From: a virus
Reading direction: 5' to 3' (one strand)
DNA length: 64,000 nucleotides
Virus record (IMG/VR): IMGVR_UViG_3300045988_090210
The notes under the pieces were generated by a model. That model did no database searches. It worked only from the letters and a program-made list of their open reading frames with translations, and had not been told where the DNA came from. The position numbers were made by a program, and so were the translations under genes. Below, piece by piece: positions 54,083 through 62,990 of the stretch. The stretch's first letter is position 1. Each line of letters opens with the position of its first letter.

Positions 54083-56218
54083 CTATATTTCTTGATACCA
54101 AAAGTCGCCCGTATTCATATCAGTAGGTTGACTTGCTGATGTTACTATTTTTATACCAGCACTTATTATTACATCGCCCGTTTGACCGTTTACAGATTTT
54201 ACAGGTGCTTCAGATGCAGTAATATATCCAGATCCATTGATAAGTTGATTATTATTAGTGGGAACCGCAATATTTACTTCTTTGTTGATTATTGGTTGAG
54301 CAGTCCCATTGACTTTAATAGTATCAATTTTACCACCATTAGCTTCAACATAAGCTGGAATACCACCTGCTGTGGCTACATTACCATTAGGGTCATATGT
54401 GGCTTTAAGCATATCACCAGCCCCAGCCGCACTCAACGCATCACTAACAGCTTTCTCACTCGGTACTTTGCTTGTACTTGTTCCAAGAGTTGTAGTAACA
54501 TCGGACGTAGATACTGCGCCCACATCAGACGCACCCAACGACACCGCCCCAGTCTGACCATTGACAGAAGTAACAGGATATGGAGGTGGGTTAGATGCTG
54601 AATATTGCTTAACATTATCAACATTGCTTAGACCAATATCTGATTTAACAAGAGTAACTGCACCTGTTTTTGTGTTTACAGATGTAACAGGTGCTTGAGC
54701 AGATGTGATAAATCCACTATCATTATCTAACTCACTCGTCTTAGATGGAATAGATGTAGTATCAGGCAACGCTCCTACATCACTGGCTTTAGTAGGTACA
54801 GTAATATTGATTGTTTTATCAGTTGAGGCATTAGCTGTAAAAGTGCCAACAGAAACGCCATTGCGTTGGACATCTAATGTTGCATCATTAACAATAGGAA
54901 TAATTGTAGTATCAGATAGAGCACCAACATCAGCCGCAGTAAGCACCACTACCCCGGTTTTGCCATTCACGCTTGTAACAGGCGCAGATTCTAACTTCTT
55001 ATCAAGTTGTGTTTGTATATTACTTGTTATACCATTAAGATAACTAAGCTCAGTAGAGGTAACTAGACTAACAGCAACTTTACCAGACGCATTAGAAATT
55101 AATGCTCTATTAGCAGTTAAATTGCTGTCGGTAATGGTACTTGCGCCACCAGCAATAACATCTTGTTTAGAACCAAGCGCTGTGGTTAATGTTGACACAT
55201 TGCCTTTTAATGTAGTAATATCAGCCTGAGCCATGCCCATATCAGAATCAAGTATGGCTATATTATCTTCATTGGTATTAATTTGAGTTTTAGCGGCATC
55301 AGTAAAATCATTGTGAGTACGTACATATGTAGACCCATCACCAACATCATCTTGTGTCAACACAACTGCGCCAGTTTTAGTATTAACTGACGTAACTGGT
55401 GCTGACTGCAATGCCGTGTCGGCCTTATCTAAACTCCCCTGTACGTCAGAAGCGAGGTCAGTTTTAGGTATACCGGTAGTAGGTTTAGTATACTTGGCAT
55501 TAACCTGAGATTCAGTAGCATAGTTACTATCATTCTCAAGTTGGCTCACTTTGGTAGGTATAGTAGGTTTATTAGACAAGCTCTCATAGTCTCCGTCAAA
55601 CGAACTTGTACCCGCACCAATATTTGTACGAGCTTGAGCTTTTTGCGCATCTGTTAAAGATTGAGAAGTGGTCTTGACTGCGTTTGTTACAACTGTGCCA
55701 GTCGAACCATCCACGCTCTTTACTGGCACGTCATTTGCTGTGATAAAACCACTATTATTGATTAGCTGGCTGGTTTCAGTAGGAATGTCTGTGGTCTTAG
55801 CATACCCATCCAATACACTGCTATCAATAAAGCCAGAATCGTTGTCAAGCTGGCTGGTTTTTGTAGGAATAGTAGTTGTATTAGGTAATGCCCCAACATC
55901 ACTTGCAGTTAAAACAACAGCGCCAGTCTTGCCGTTGACACTGGATACACCTGTCTCAGGGTCTTGACCACCAGCACCCGGAACGATAATAAAAGCTGCA
56001 GACATATTACCAAATGGGATGAATACTTGATATACTGTACCCACAGTTGGTGTTCCACCATAATATTTTACTGTATTATCTTTTCCGTTAATAGTAAGTA
56101 CACAAGTTGAGGTGGCAATAGTTTTACAAATACCCGTATATATTTTTGTAGTGTTGTCTTCAACAACTTGTTTTACCATAATTTCAATAGCATCAAGTAT
56201 CTCATTAGCAAAACTCAA
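54083..56218 (-). CDS. Tail fibre protein with repeated SVNGKTGAV-type motifs
   Basis: It has at least seven copies of P-V-(T/K)-S-V-N/D-G-x-T-G-x-V-x-L-x-x-x-D-V/I-G. It starts at TTG and ends SQPTDMNTGDFWYQEI. Confidence 0.65.
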   Translation of the reverse strand: MSFANEILDAIEIMVKQVVEDNTTKIYTGICKTIATSTCVLTINGKDNTVKYYGGTPTVGTVYQVFIPFGNMSAAFIIVPGAGGQDPETGVSSVNGKTGAVVLTASDVGALPNTTTIPTKTSQLDNDSGFIDSSVLDGYAKTTDIPTETSQLINNSGFITANDVPVKSVDGSTGTVVTNAVKTTSQSLTDAQKAQARTNIGAGTSSFDGDYESLSNKPTIPTKVSQLENDSNYATESQVNAKYTKPTTGIPKTDLASDVQGSLDKADTALQSAPVTSVNTKTGAVVLTQDDVGDGSTYVRTHNDFTDAAKTQINTNEDNIAILDSDMGMAQADITTLKGNVSTLTTALGSKQDVIAGGASTITDSNLTANRALISNASGKVAVSLVTSTELSYLNGITSNIQTQLDKKLESAPVTSVNGKTGVVVLTAADVGALSDTTIIPIVNDATLDVQRNGVSVGTFTANASTDKTINITVPTKASDVGALPDTTSIPSKTSELDNDSGFITSAQAPVTSVNTKTGAVTLVKSDIGLSNVDNVKQYSASNPPPYPVTSVNGQTGAVSLGASDVGAVSTSDVTTTLGTSTSKVPSEKAVSDALSAAGAGDMLKATYDPNGNVATAGGIPAYVEANGGKIDTIKVNGTAQPIINKEVNIAVPTNNNQLINGSGYITASEAPVKSVNGQTGDVIISAGIKIVTSASQPTDMNTGDFWYQEI

Positions 56219-56244
56219 TTATCACCCCTCCTTTTTATTACATG

Positions 56245-56277
56245 AATAAAAAATAGAGGGCGTAAACTACGCCCTCT
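56245..56277 (-). terminator. Terminator-like hairpin overlapping the tape-measure stop codon
   Basis: On the minus strand, the AGAGGGCG-tagttta-CGCCCTCT stem-loop is followed by ATTTTTTA. Confidence 0.55.
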
Positions 56278-59200
56278 TATAAGCTCGTTGATAGGCCATT
56301 TGTTTAAGACCTGTAATCAACGTTTGTGCATCTCTTGCATTGGGCAGTGTAAGATTATCAATATTAAAAATATTACTCATATTACTTGTTATGGCGTTTG
56401 GATTAATTTTACCCCAACCCCACAGATTTCTGGTTACATCAGCAGGGATAACACCGTCACCTTGGTCAAGCACCCTTAACTCAGGCCCTTGTTCACCTAC
56501 TAAACTTAATCCACCAACAGCGTTTAATGTGCCACCCGCATATTTTTTGCCTTTTAAAGCTTTTATTGCAGTGGTTTTAGCTGTACTAGAACTACTATGG
56601 AACCCTTCTCTCATTTCCGCTTCTGTCCAACCACTACCACCAGTAGTTTTTGAGAAGTCAAAATAATAACCTTTACCACTTTGGGGTGCTGCAGATGTAT
56701 CAGTCTTCTTGGTACTCTTACTACCGTTCAAAGAAGCCATAATACTATTATATTTGTCCGCAAAAGTCTGAGCGTTCATTAATCGCTGTTCCCAATTCTT
56801 TTGCTCCAAATCAATACCCAATACTTGCTCAGCAATTAGCCGGTTTTGTTCTTCCGTATATTGATCTACAACACCAGACCATTCATCTTTATATTGATTC
56901 CATTGTTCAATTTGCGCATCAATACTGGCTGTAGCTTGGTCTTTGAGTTTATTTAAATTCTCTATCTCTTTACGGAGAGCTTCATCACGCTCATAAGCAT
57001 CAAGTTCAGCCTGAGCCGCAGATATGGCCTCAACGTCTTGCATATACTGGAATTGGCCATTAGAGAATACATAAAGCCCCTTGTCCTTGGCTTGAGCCAG
57101 ATTGTTGAGCAATTGTTCATATTGGATCTGCCGTTCAAGTTCGTCATTAGTGTCTTGTAGAGCTTGAATTTGGTCTTCATAGAATTTCTCTATTTCAGAT
57201 TTTTGTGTTTCAAGTTCATCTATTTCTTCTCTAATCTTTTGAACAACATAACTTGCCGCTATCTCATAATTGGATTTTTGAGCCTCGGCCGCTTTTTTAG
57301 CTTCTTCTTCTTGTTTAGATGCTAATTCTTCAGCCAACTTAGCACGACCACTGTAAATCTTTTCTTCATAACTATACATGTTCTGATTAATCTGATTTAC
57401 ATTAAGGCCATACTCCTTCATATGAGCCGTAGCGTTTGTTTTATATTGCTCCACAAGTTTCTCAAGTTGATTATAATAATCTTCTTGAGTAATTTTGCCC
57501 ATAGCAAGCAAATGGTCTAAATCTTTTTGTAAAGATTGGAAATTTTTAAGAGCTAAATCCGTAACAGACTTACTCCCAGAAGATGAAGATTTAGCTCCAC
57601 CAGAACCAGAAGAACCAGATACTATACCAACATCTCGTACATCATAGCCTTCAACAGAAGAAACATTTAATGCACGCCCAAGATCTCGCAACGCAGTTTG
57701 CGCCGCAATGCTAATTGAAGCAGCTTGGTTTAATTTTTCACGATTTGCTTGAGTTGGATTTATTGAATATTCAGTTAAAATTAATCTAGCTGTTGCTTGA
57801 TACCCTTTTGCGACAAGTTGTAATTGTTGTAAAGTTTTTTGTGCTTTGTCTTTAGCATCTAAATAAATCCGACCATTGGCACTTATAAAACCACTTACAG
57901 AATTAATAGCCTCGTTTTGCGCCAAATAATAACTATCACCAACTTGGGTGATATTGGCTGCCAGTTCTGGATATTTAGATTTAATTGCATCTACTTGCGC
58001 CGCATTAAGTTCAATTGAATTACCAAACTTTTCAGTATGTTGAGCAGCATCTTCATAAGCAGTTGCAAGACTATCAAGAGCATCACGAGCACTTGTAGAC
58101 TCATCACCCACGAGTTGGTGAGCTTGGGCTAATGTACCAAGTTTACTTGTAACTTCATCATATAGTTTTAAATCTTCATCTGTTAAACTATGATTAGTTT
58201 TAAGCTTTTCAGTTAATTCATTAGCCTGCTTAATAAGTTCTTGTTCATAGGCTTCACCAGTTTTATAAACTTCACCTTGAACTGTTTCAAATTGTACACC
58301 AAGAGCTTCTAATTCTTGCCTAGTTTTCTTAGAAGCATTCGGAATATAATTATCAAGATACTTTACAAGCTCTTCATAGGTTTCAAAACTCTGGCCTTGT
58401 AACCCACTATCAAATCTACCAGCATATTCCCCAGTAATACCAGAAACTTGAATTCTTTCACCAGTGACATATCCGCCTTTTAAGGATTGTTTGGCTTTCT
58501 TTTCAGATAACGTTTCAAGTTTATCTATCTGAGCTTGTAGCTCGTCATTCTCTTTCTCAAGAGCTTCTTTTTCATCTAAAATCTCTTGAGTGCGCTCATT
58601 CCAAGGCAAGTCACTGATTTCTTTAAGCCGCTCTTTATTAGTTTTAAGCTTGCCATTAGTATCGCTAATTTTTGTTTCAAGCTCTTCAAAAGATTTTCTA
58701 CTATCTTCGGTAGCTTTCCATAAAGCGCCACCAACAACTAAAACACTAGCAATGCCAAGAATAATAGGCAAGGTAATACTACCAGCCGCACCAACACCCG
58801 TAATAACTCCTGCTAGATTTTTAAATTGTTCAATACCAACCTTAAAAATGCCAAGTGCCTTAGTTAAAGATGTTGCGCCCCAGCCCAAACTAGTAAGTAG
58901 CACAATCTGTGTAACAATCTGACCAAGATCAGTGTTTGCTATCTGCAACAGGCCGTTAGCCAAGTCAAGAACGGCTTTGGCTAAATCGCTGCTGATAACA
59001 TTATTAGCAAAATCTTGAAATGTGGATTGAACTTGAGATAACTTAGCCTGAATAGACTCCATATATGCAGAGTTTTCACGCATCGCAGAGCCTTGAGAAT
59101 CAAGGGCTTTGTTGGTTGCGTCAACTGCATGGCCGAAGTTGTTCATTAAGGCCAAGAAATTGTTTAACTGTGTTGTACCCGCTATTGTAGTGGCAATATA

Positions 59201-59767
59201 CTTTTGACTGTTATTGTCAAGAGTATCCCACTTTTCAGCCAAACCAGCAAGCAAATCATAGCCACTTTTAAGTTGGCCGTTTTCATACATCTCAACACCA
59301 AGTTGTTCAAAGATTGTTGTTATTTTCTTGCCGTTAGATGAAGCATCATCTAGAACTTGAGCAAGGTTGGCCATAATAGCATTAAGGCCACGAGAAGCCT
59401 TGCTTGCGTTCTTGGTTTGCTCTGTGATTGCGGTCATGAGGCCGATAGTTTGTTCAAAACTGTTGTTCATACCAGCGGATGAAGAAGCAACTACCTTGAG
59501 GCCGGTCGCCAAATCGCCAGTGCCTACGGCAAAGTTGTTTGCTACTTCATTCAACGCATCAGCAATGTGCATAGCATTGCCTTCTACATCGCCAGTTGTT
59601 TTATTAAACGCTATTAACTGAGAAATTAAAAATTGTGCGGCATCGCCAGTAGAAATAGATTCATCTGCTACGTTTTGGAATATAGAGCTGACCTGTGCCA
59701 ATTGAGCAGCGTCTTTGTCATTAAATCCATTTTTACGGTATTCAGTCGCCGCACTAACCATCTCTGA
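56267..59767 (-). CDS. Tail tape measure protein, exon 2 (or the C-terminal 1166 aa if the gene is truly split)
   Basis: SEMVSAATEYRKNGFNDKDAAQLAQVS matches the TP901-type tape-measure core. Long coiled-coil regions and a hydrophobic central segment follow. There is no ribosome-binding site before the first ATG (59761). Confidence 0.75.
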   Translation of the reverse strand, partial: SEMVSAATEYRKNGFNDKDAAQLAQVSSIFQNVADESISTGDAAQFLISQLIAFNKTTGDVEGNAMHIADALNEVANNFAVGTGDLATGLKVVASSSAGMNNSFEQTIGLMTAITEQTKNASKASRGLNAIMANLAQVLDDASSNGKKITTIFEQLGVEMYENGQLKSGYDLLAGLAEKWDTLDNNSQKYIATTIAGTTQLNNFLALMNNFGHAVDATNKALDSQGSAMRENSAYMESIQAKLSQVQSTFQDFANNVISSDLAKAVLDLANGLLQIANTDLGQIVTQIVLLTSLGWGATSLTKALGIFKVGIEQFKNLAGVITGVGAAGSITLPIILGIASVLVVGGALWKATEDSRKSFEELETKISDTNGKLKTNKERLKEISDLPWNERTQEILDEKEALEKENDELQAQIDKLETLSEKKAKQSLKGGYVTGERIQVSGITGEYAGRFDSGLQGQSFETYEELVKYLDNYIPNASKKTRQELEALGVQFETVQGEVYKTGEAYEQELIKQANELTEKLKTNHSLTDEDLKLYDEVTSKLGTLAQAHQLVGDESTSARDALDSLATAYEDAAQHTEKFGNSIELNAAQVDAIKSKYPELAANITQVGDSYYLAQNEAINSVSGFISANGRIYLDAKDKAQKTLQQLQLVAKGYQATARLILTEYSINPTQANREKLNQAASISIAAQTALRDLGRALNVSSVEGYDVRDVGIVSGSSGSGGAKSSSSGSKSVTDLALKNFQSLQKDLDHLLAMGKITQEDYYNQLEKLVEQYKTNATAHMKEYGLNVNQINQNMYSYEEKIYSGRAKLAEELASKQEEEAKKAAEAQKSNYEIAASYVVQKIREEIDELETQKSEIEKFYEDQIQALQDTNDELERQIQYEQLLNNLAQAKDKGLYVFSNGQFQYMQDVEAISAAQAELDAYERDEALRKEIENLNKLKDQATASIDAQIEQWNQYKDEWSGVVDQYTEEQNRLIAEQVLGIDLEQKNWEQRLMNAQTFADKYNSIMASLNGSKSTKKTDTSAAPQSGKGYYFDFSKTTGGSGWTEAEMREGFHSSSSTAKTTAIKALKGKKYAGGTLNAVGGLSLVGEQGPELRVLDQGDGVIPADVTRNLWGWGKINPNAITSNMSNIFNIDNLTLPNARDAQTLITGLKQMAYQRAYKRA

Positions 59768-59777
59768 CGGTTAATTA

Positions 59778-60026
59778 TTAACGCTTAATCTTTTCTTCAA
59801 ATTCGATTGTGCCATTTTTAGATTCTTTACGTTCTTTAACAAAATTACGATAAGCATTGTCATATTCATCTTGCCGTTTAAATTGATTTCTGGTGCTTTG
59901 ACTACTTCCAGTTGACAGCACAAAAAACACAATTGTAAATAACCAAAACCCTAACGCCAATCCAATATTATTAGCCTGAAACCCCATAATAAAACACAAT
60001 ACAAACCAAATAATAGCAACAATCAT
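59778..60026 (-). CDS. 82-aa membrane protein encoded inside the tape-measure intervening sequence
   Basis: Strong GAAAGGAG ribosome-binding site, two hydrophobic helices and a charged C-terminus. It does not resemble an endonuclease. Confidence 0.6.
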   Translation of the reverse strand: MIVAIIWFVLCFIMGFQANNIGLALGFWLFTIVFFVLSTGSSQSTRNQFKRQDEYDNAYRNFVKERKESKNGTIEFEEKIKR

Positions 60027-60054
60027 ATTATATACTCCTTTCTAATGTGAATAC

Positions 60055-60083
60055 ATAATATCATATAAAAGATTAAATGTCAA
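60055..60083 (-). promoter_or_regulatory. Sigma-A promoter inside the intervening sequence, followed immediately by GTATTCACA
   Basis: Minus strand reads TTGACA, 17 nt, TGaTATTAT. GTATTCACA (60054..60046) follows immediately downstream. Confidence 0.55.
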
Positions 60084-60388
60084 TAATTTTTCCAAAGTTT
60101 TTCAGACTTTGCCTGAGTAATTCTTCACCCTATAATTGGAGGGCCGCTCTGTATACTCGATTGACACACCGCTCATCACGGCTTCGTGCCCAATCTGCCC
60201 TTTTTAACAGTACTTAGGGCTTTCGCCCATATACCATCCTTATCGTTTTAATGATTTCTCACATTCACACTTAGGCTTATCTCATCCTTATGTTGTAGTG
60301 ATAAGGCTCTTGAGGCTTTCAAGGGTTTAGGAGCTATTCTCGGTGCTGGTTTACCATCCCATCACCCCGGCTCAGACCGATTTGGTTT

Positions 60389-60718
60389 ACCGGTTCGCCC
60401 TACTGCCAGACCCATCTTTGATAACTTAGATACATAATCATCAAGGGAACTGCCAGATAAGTCAGATACTTTCTTAAATTCAGTTATGGAATTATCAAGC
60501 TCTAATACTTGACTTGCAAGCGAACTTATAATATCTATGGTTTTAGAGAATACCTCATTTGCTGAGTTAAAGTTAAGCTCTAAATCCTGAATATCTTTGC
60601 TTGCTTGCTTAACACTACTTGTGTCAAGGTCAATCTTGGCACCTTTTATTTTATTTAGTTGTTCTTGAATTTGTTTTGTTTGTAGATTAACGTCTACAAG
60701 TATTGAGTAGTTCGCCAT
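60389..60718 (-). CDS. Tail tape measure protein, exon 1 (110 codons)
   Basis: ...FKKVSDLSGSSLDDYVSKLSKMGLAVGRTG is a tape-measure N-terminal core. The track ORF continues 8 codons into the intervening sequence. Confidence 0.65.
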
Positions 60719-60731
60719 TCACTCACTCCTT

Positions 60732-61256
60732 TTATAGTGAATTTGGCTTGCCAATATGCTTGACTTTGATTTGGCTGTAAGCAATCAATATTGCATCACT
60801 TTGGTCGTCATTATTAAACTTACTACTATCAGACTTCCACACCAAATTAAGCCCAAACAAATCATTGGCTTTTTCTATTGATTTTCTTTTCATTTCGGCT
60901 CGTTTAGTACCATTTCTCGTTCCATCAAACAAGCCCATATGACTGCGCCACTGGCTTGGAATTAAAAACTCAATGGGTATATTAAACGAGGCCGCAACAC
61001 CATAAAAAAATCCTTGCACAGCGCCTAACTGCACAAGGATTTTAGGATTCTGCGCCTTTAAGGGCACATCTTCCATATATATCTTATCAGGATGATATTT
61101 GTTCAATATCTCTATTAGCTTAGGGGCTTGATTAACAGTGCGTTCACGCCAATCTTGTCCTTCAGACTTAATCACACCATAAGCTACTAGTTCTTTTCCA
61201 TCAAAGATACTCCAACCCGTGCTCTTAGTGGACGCATCAATTCCGCAAACCACCAT
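60732..61256 (-). CDS. RuvC-like Holliday junction resolvase
   Basis: VCGIDASTKSTGW ... IYMEDV ... DDQSDAILIAY supplies the catalytic D/E/D residues. Confidence 0.7.
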   Translation of the reverse strand: MVVCGIDASTKSTGWSIFDGKELVAYGVIKSEGQDWRERTVNQAPKLIEILNKYHPDKIYMEDVPLKAQNPKILVQLGAVQGFFYGVAASFNIPIEFLIPSQWRSHMGLFDGTRNGTKRAEMKRKSIEKANDLFGLNLVWKSDSSKFNNDDQSDAILIAYSQIKVKHIGKPNSL

Positions 61257-61266
61257 AAACTGTCTC

Positions 61267-61803
61267 CTAATCTTTTACAAAGAAAATGGCCAAGTTATGT
61301 CGGGTAAAATTTAACCCTTGTCTTCTCATGCCCTCTTCAAATAATTTTCTCATTCTATTTGGCCCAAGCCATTTAATAAGTGTATTCCATACATTGCGCT
61401 TTTTTGTCCATGCTTGACCTTTGAATCGTTTACTATTTTTAGCGTACCCCTCTTGATAGATAGCACCAGCTAATCCTTCATAGATAATATCGGCCAAATA
61501 TTCTTGTATTGGTTGACCATCTACAATAGAAGCATGATGATTACCAAAAGCCATCATCTTATCAGGGTCATAAGCCATTTCACCTGTTGCCATATCACCC
61601 GTAATATGTGTATTGGTATCCCACGCTTTTTTAAACTGGCCAGTTCTATCATATTCAATTGGTTCATATCCATCATAAACAATTTGCTGAACTAACTTTT
61701 CGTTTTCAGCTAAAATTTGTTTGACAACATAATCAACAGCCCCTTTTAATGCTGGCATAAGCATGGTTTTAACTTGAGCATCGTTCCTCGCATTACTTAC
61801 CAT
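61267..61803 (-). CDS. Tail-associated structural protein
   Basis: YEPIEYDRTGQFKKAW motif, as in HK97 gp10-like tail components. The assignment rests on position. Confidence 0.35.
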   Translation of the reverse strand: MVSNARNDAQVKTMLMPALKGAVDYVVKQILAENEKLVQQIVYDGYEPIEYDRTGQFKKAWDTNTHITGDMATGEMAYDPDKMMAFGNHHASIVDGQPIQEYLADIIYEGLAGAIYQEGYAKNSKRFKGQAWTKKRNVWNTLIKWLGPNRMRKLFEEGMRRQGLNFTRHNLAIFFVKD

Positions 61804-62212
61804 AATTTTTCATTACGGCCTTAAAAGTATCGGTCTTAACAACTTTAGAGGCATCTTTCAGCAGTTTATAGCCAGCACGAGTTAAAGATTCTGTATAGTC
61901 AAGTGCTTTGTAAACCTCATCAATATTGATAACATTATCTCTTACGCAATCCATTAGCCCACTCATAACAAACATCTCATGGCCAACTTCCTCAAGTTTC
62001 TCTTTGCCAATATCAGTAGTGTGCATCAGTACAAGCATATCAATATTAGTTTGTCTTGCAGACCAACTATCATCTTCTTTACTCGCCATCTCAACCGCAT
62101 TAACAATCTGCTGAATCTGAGCATAAGTTAGATATTGCCGGATATCAATATCGTAAATATTACTATGAATTACCTTTTCTTTTAATTCTACCATTCCATT
62201 CATTCCTTTCAT
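61793..62212 (-). CDS. Possible tail assembly chaperone
   Basis: 139-aa acidic protein between the major tail gene and the tape measure. Confidence 0.35.
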   Translation of the reverse strand: MKGMNGMVELKEKVIHSNIYDIDIRQYLTYAQIQQIVNAVEMASKEDDSWSARQTNIDMLVLMHTTDIGKEKLEEVGHEMFVMSGLMDCVRDNVINIDEVYKALDYTESLTRAGYKLLKDASKVVKTDTFKAVMKNYGK

Positions 62213-62216
62213 TCAA

Positions 62217-62618
62217 TTAAAATTTCACATATTGCGAAACGTATAACACTCCCATACCCAAAACAACCACAATCCAAGGGAAATTATGCTTTAAGTAAGC
62301 CCGAATATCAAACTTGCCAGCCTCTTCCAAAGTTGTTACCTTAGACTCAACAGTGCTTAACTTATCAGCCGTAGCCTTATTAGCCCTTTCAAAGTCTGCT
62401 TTCATTTCTTTCATTTCCCTTGCTTGTTCATCCATTTTATCATTTAATTTAACCATAGACATTTGTACATCTTGCATAGTCTGAGTCAAAATCTCGTTAC
62501 TCTTGACACTGCGCTGAATTAAATCTTGAAGAAATGGTCGTGTGCTTTCAAGTTTAGTAAGCCTGTGGTCATGATCATCTAATTTTGCGTAAATTTTACT
62601 GGTTTCGCCCTCTGCCAT
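62217..62618 (-). CDS. Coiled-coil protein with a C-terminal transmembrane anchor
   Basis: Heptad-rich sequence followed by FPWIVVVLGMGVLYVSQYV. Confidence 0.5.
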   Translation of the reverse strand: MAEGETSKIYAKLDDHDHRLTKLESTRPFLQDLIQRSVKSNEILTQTMQDVQMSMVKLNDKMDEQAREMKEMKADFERANKATADKLSTVESKVTTLEEAGKFDIRAYLKHNFPWIVVVLGMGVLYVSQYVKF

Positions 62619-62628
62619 TATCGCTCCC

Positions 62629-62925
62629 TCACTCTCTTAATTTATATTCGCCGGACTTCATTTTCCTAACACGGACATAAAGAGGTGTGTGGTCAAATGG
62701 ATTTTTTACCTTAATAGTTATGTCATTATAATCAATATATAGCCAGCCCTTGCGTTCGTCCCTTACTCTACAATACCCTGTTGGGGTATTTGCTTGTTGC
62801 TTAACCTTACAATCGTTAGGCATATTGGGAGATGGTTTAAATCCCCTAATTTTATCACAATAATACATATAGGGGCATACAGATTGGGTTACTCTACATT
62901 GATTCCCACTTACATATTCACACAT
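62629..62925 (-). CDS. Cys-rich small protein
   Basis: ORF with a ribosome-binding site and 7 Cys residues. Confidence 0.45.
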   Translation of the reverse strand: MCEYVSGNQCRVTQSVCPYMYYCDKIRGFKPSPNMPNDCKVKQQANTPTGYCRVRDERKGWLYIDYNDITIKVKNPFDHTPLYVRVRKMKSGEYKLRE

Positions 62926-62990
62926 TTCTTACTCCTTAAAAAAATTGGGGGGGAAGGTTATTCACCAACCCTCCCAAAAGAAAGATTAAA

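Larger units (their letters stand above)
59768..60388 (-). mobile_element. Intron-like intervening sequence in the tape-measure gene (candidate group I intron)
   Basis: The contiguous guide sequence UCUGA-GCCGG (60376..60367, minus strand) fits group I geometry. GCCGG pairs with the 5' exon end CCGGU (with a U-G pair) and UCUGA pairs with the 3' exon start UCAGA. The last base is G at 59768. A GGGC-GAAA-GCCC hairpin is present. I did not find a clear P7 helix. Confidence 0.5.

Noticed and set aside
60150-60180. GUGAUGAG in the tape-measure insert resembled a hammerhead ribozyme core.
   Set aside because: The sequence is not the CUGAUGA consensus, and I found no matching GAAA / stem III arrangement.
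61793-61803. The overlap between the 139-aa and 178-aa tail ORFs could be a G/GT-type programmed frameshift.
   Set aside because: The downstream ORF has its own ATG inside the overlap (ATGGTAAGTAA), consistent with simple translational coupling. No slippery heptamer is evident.
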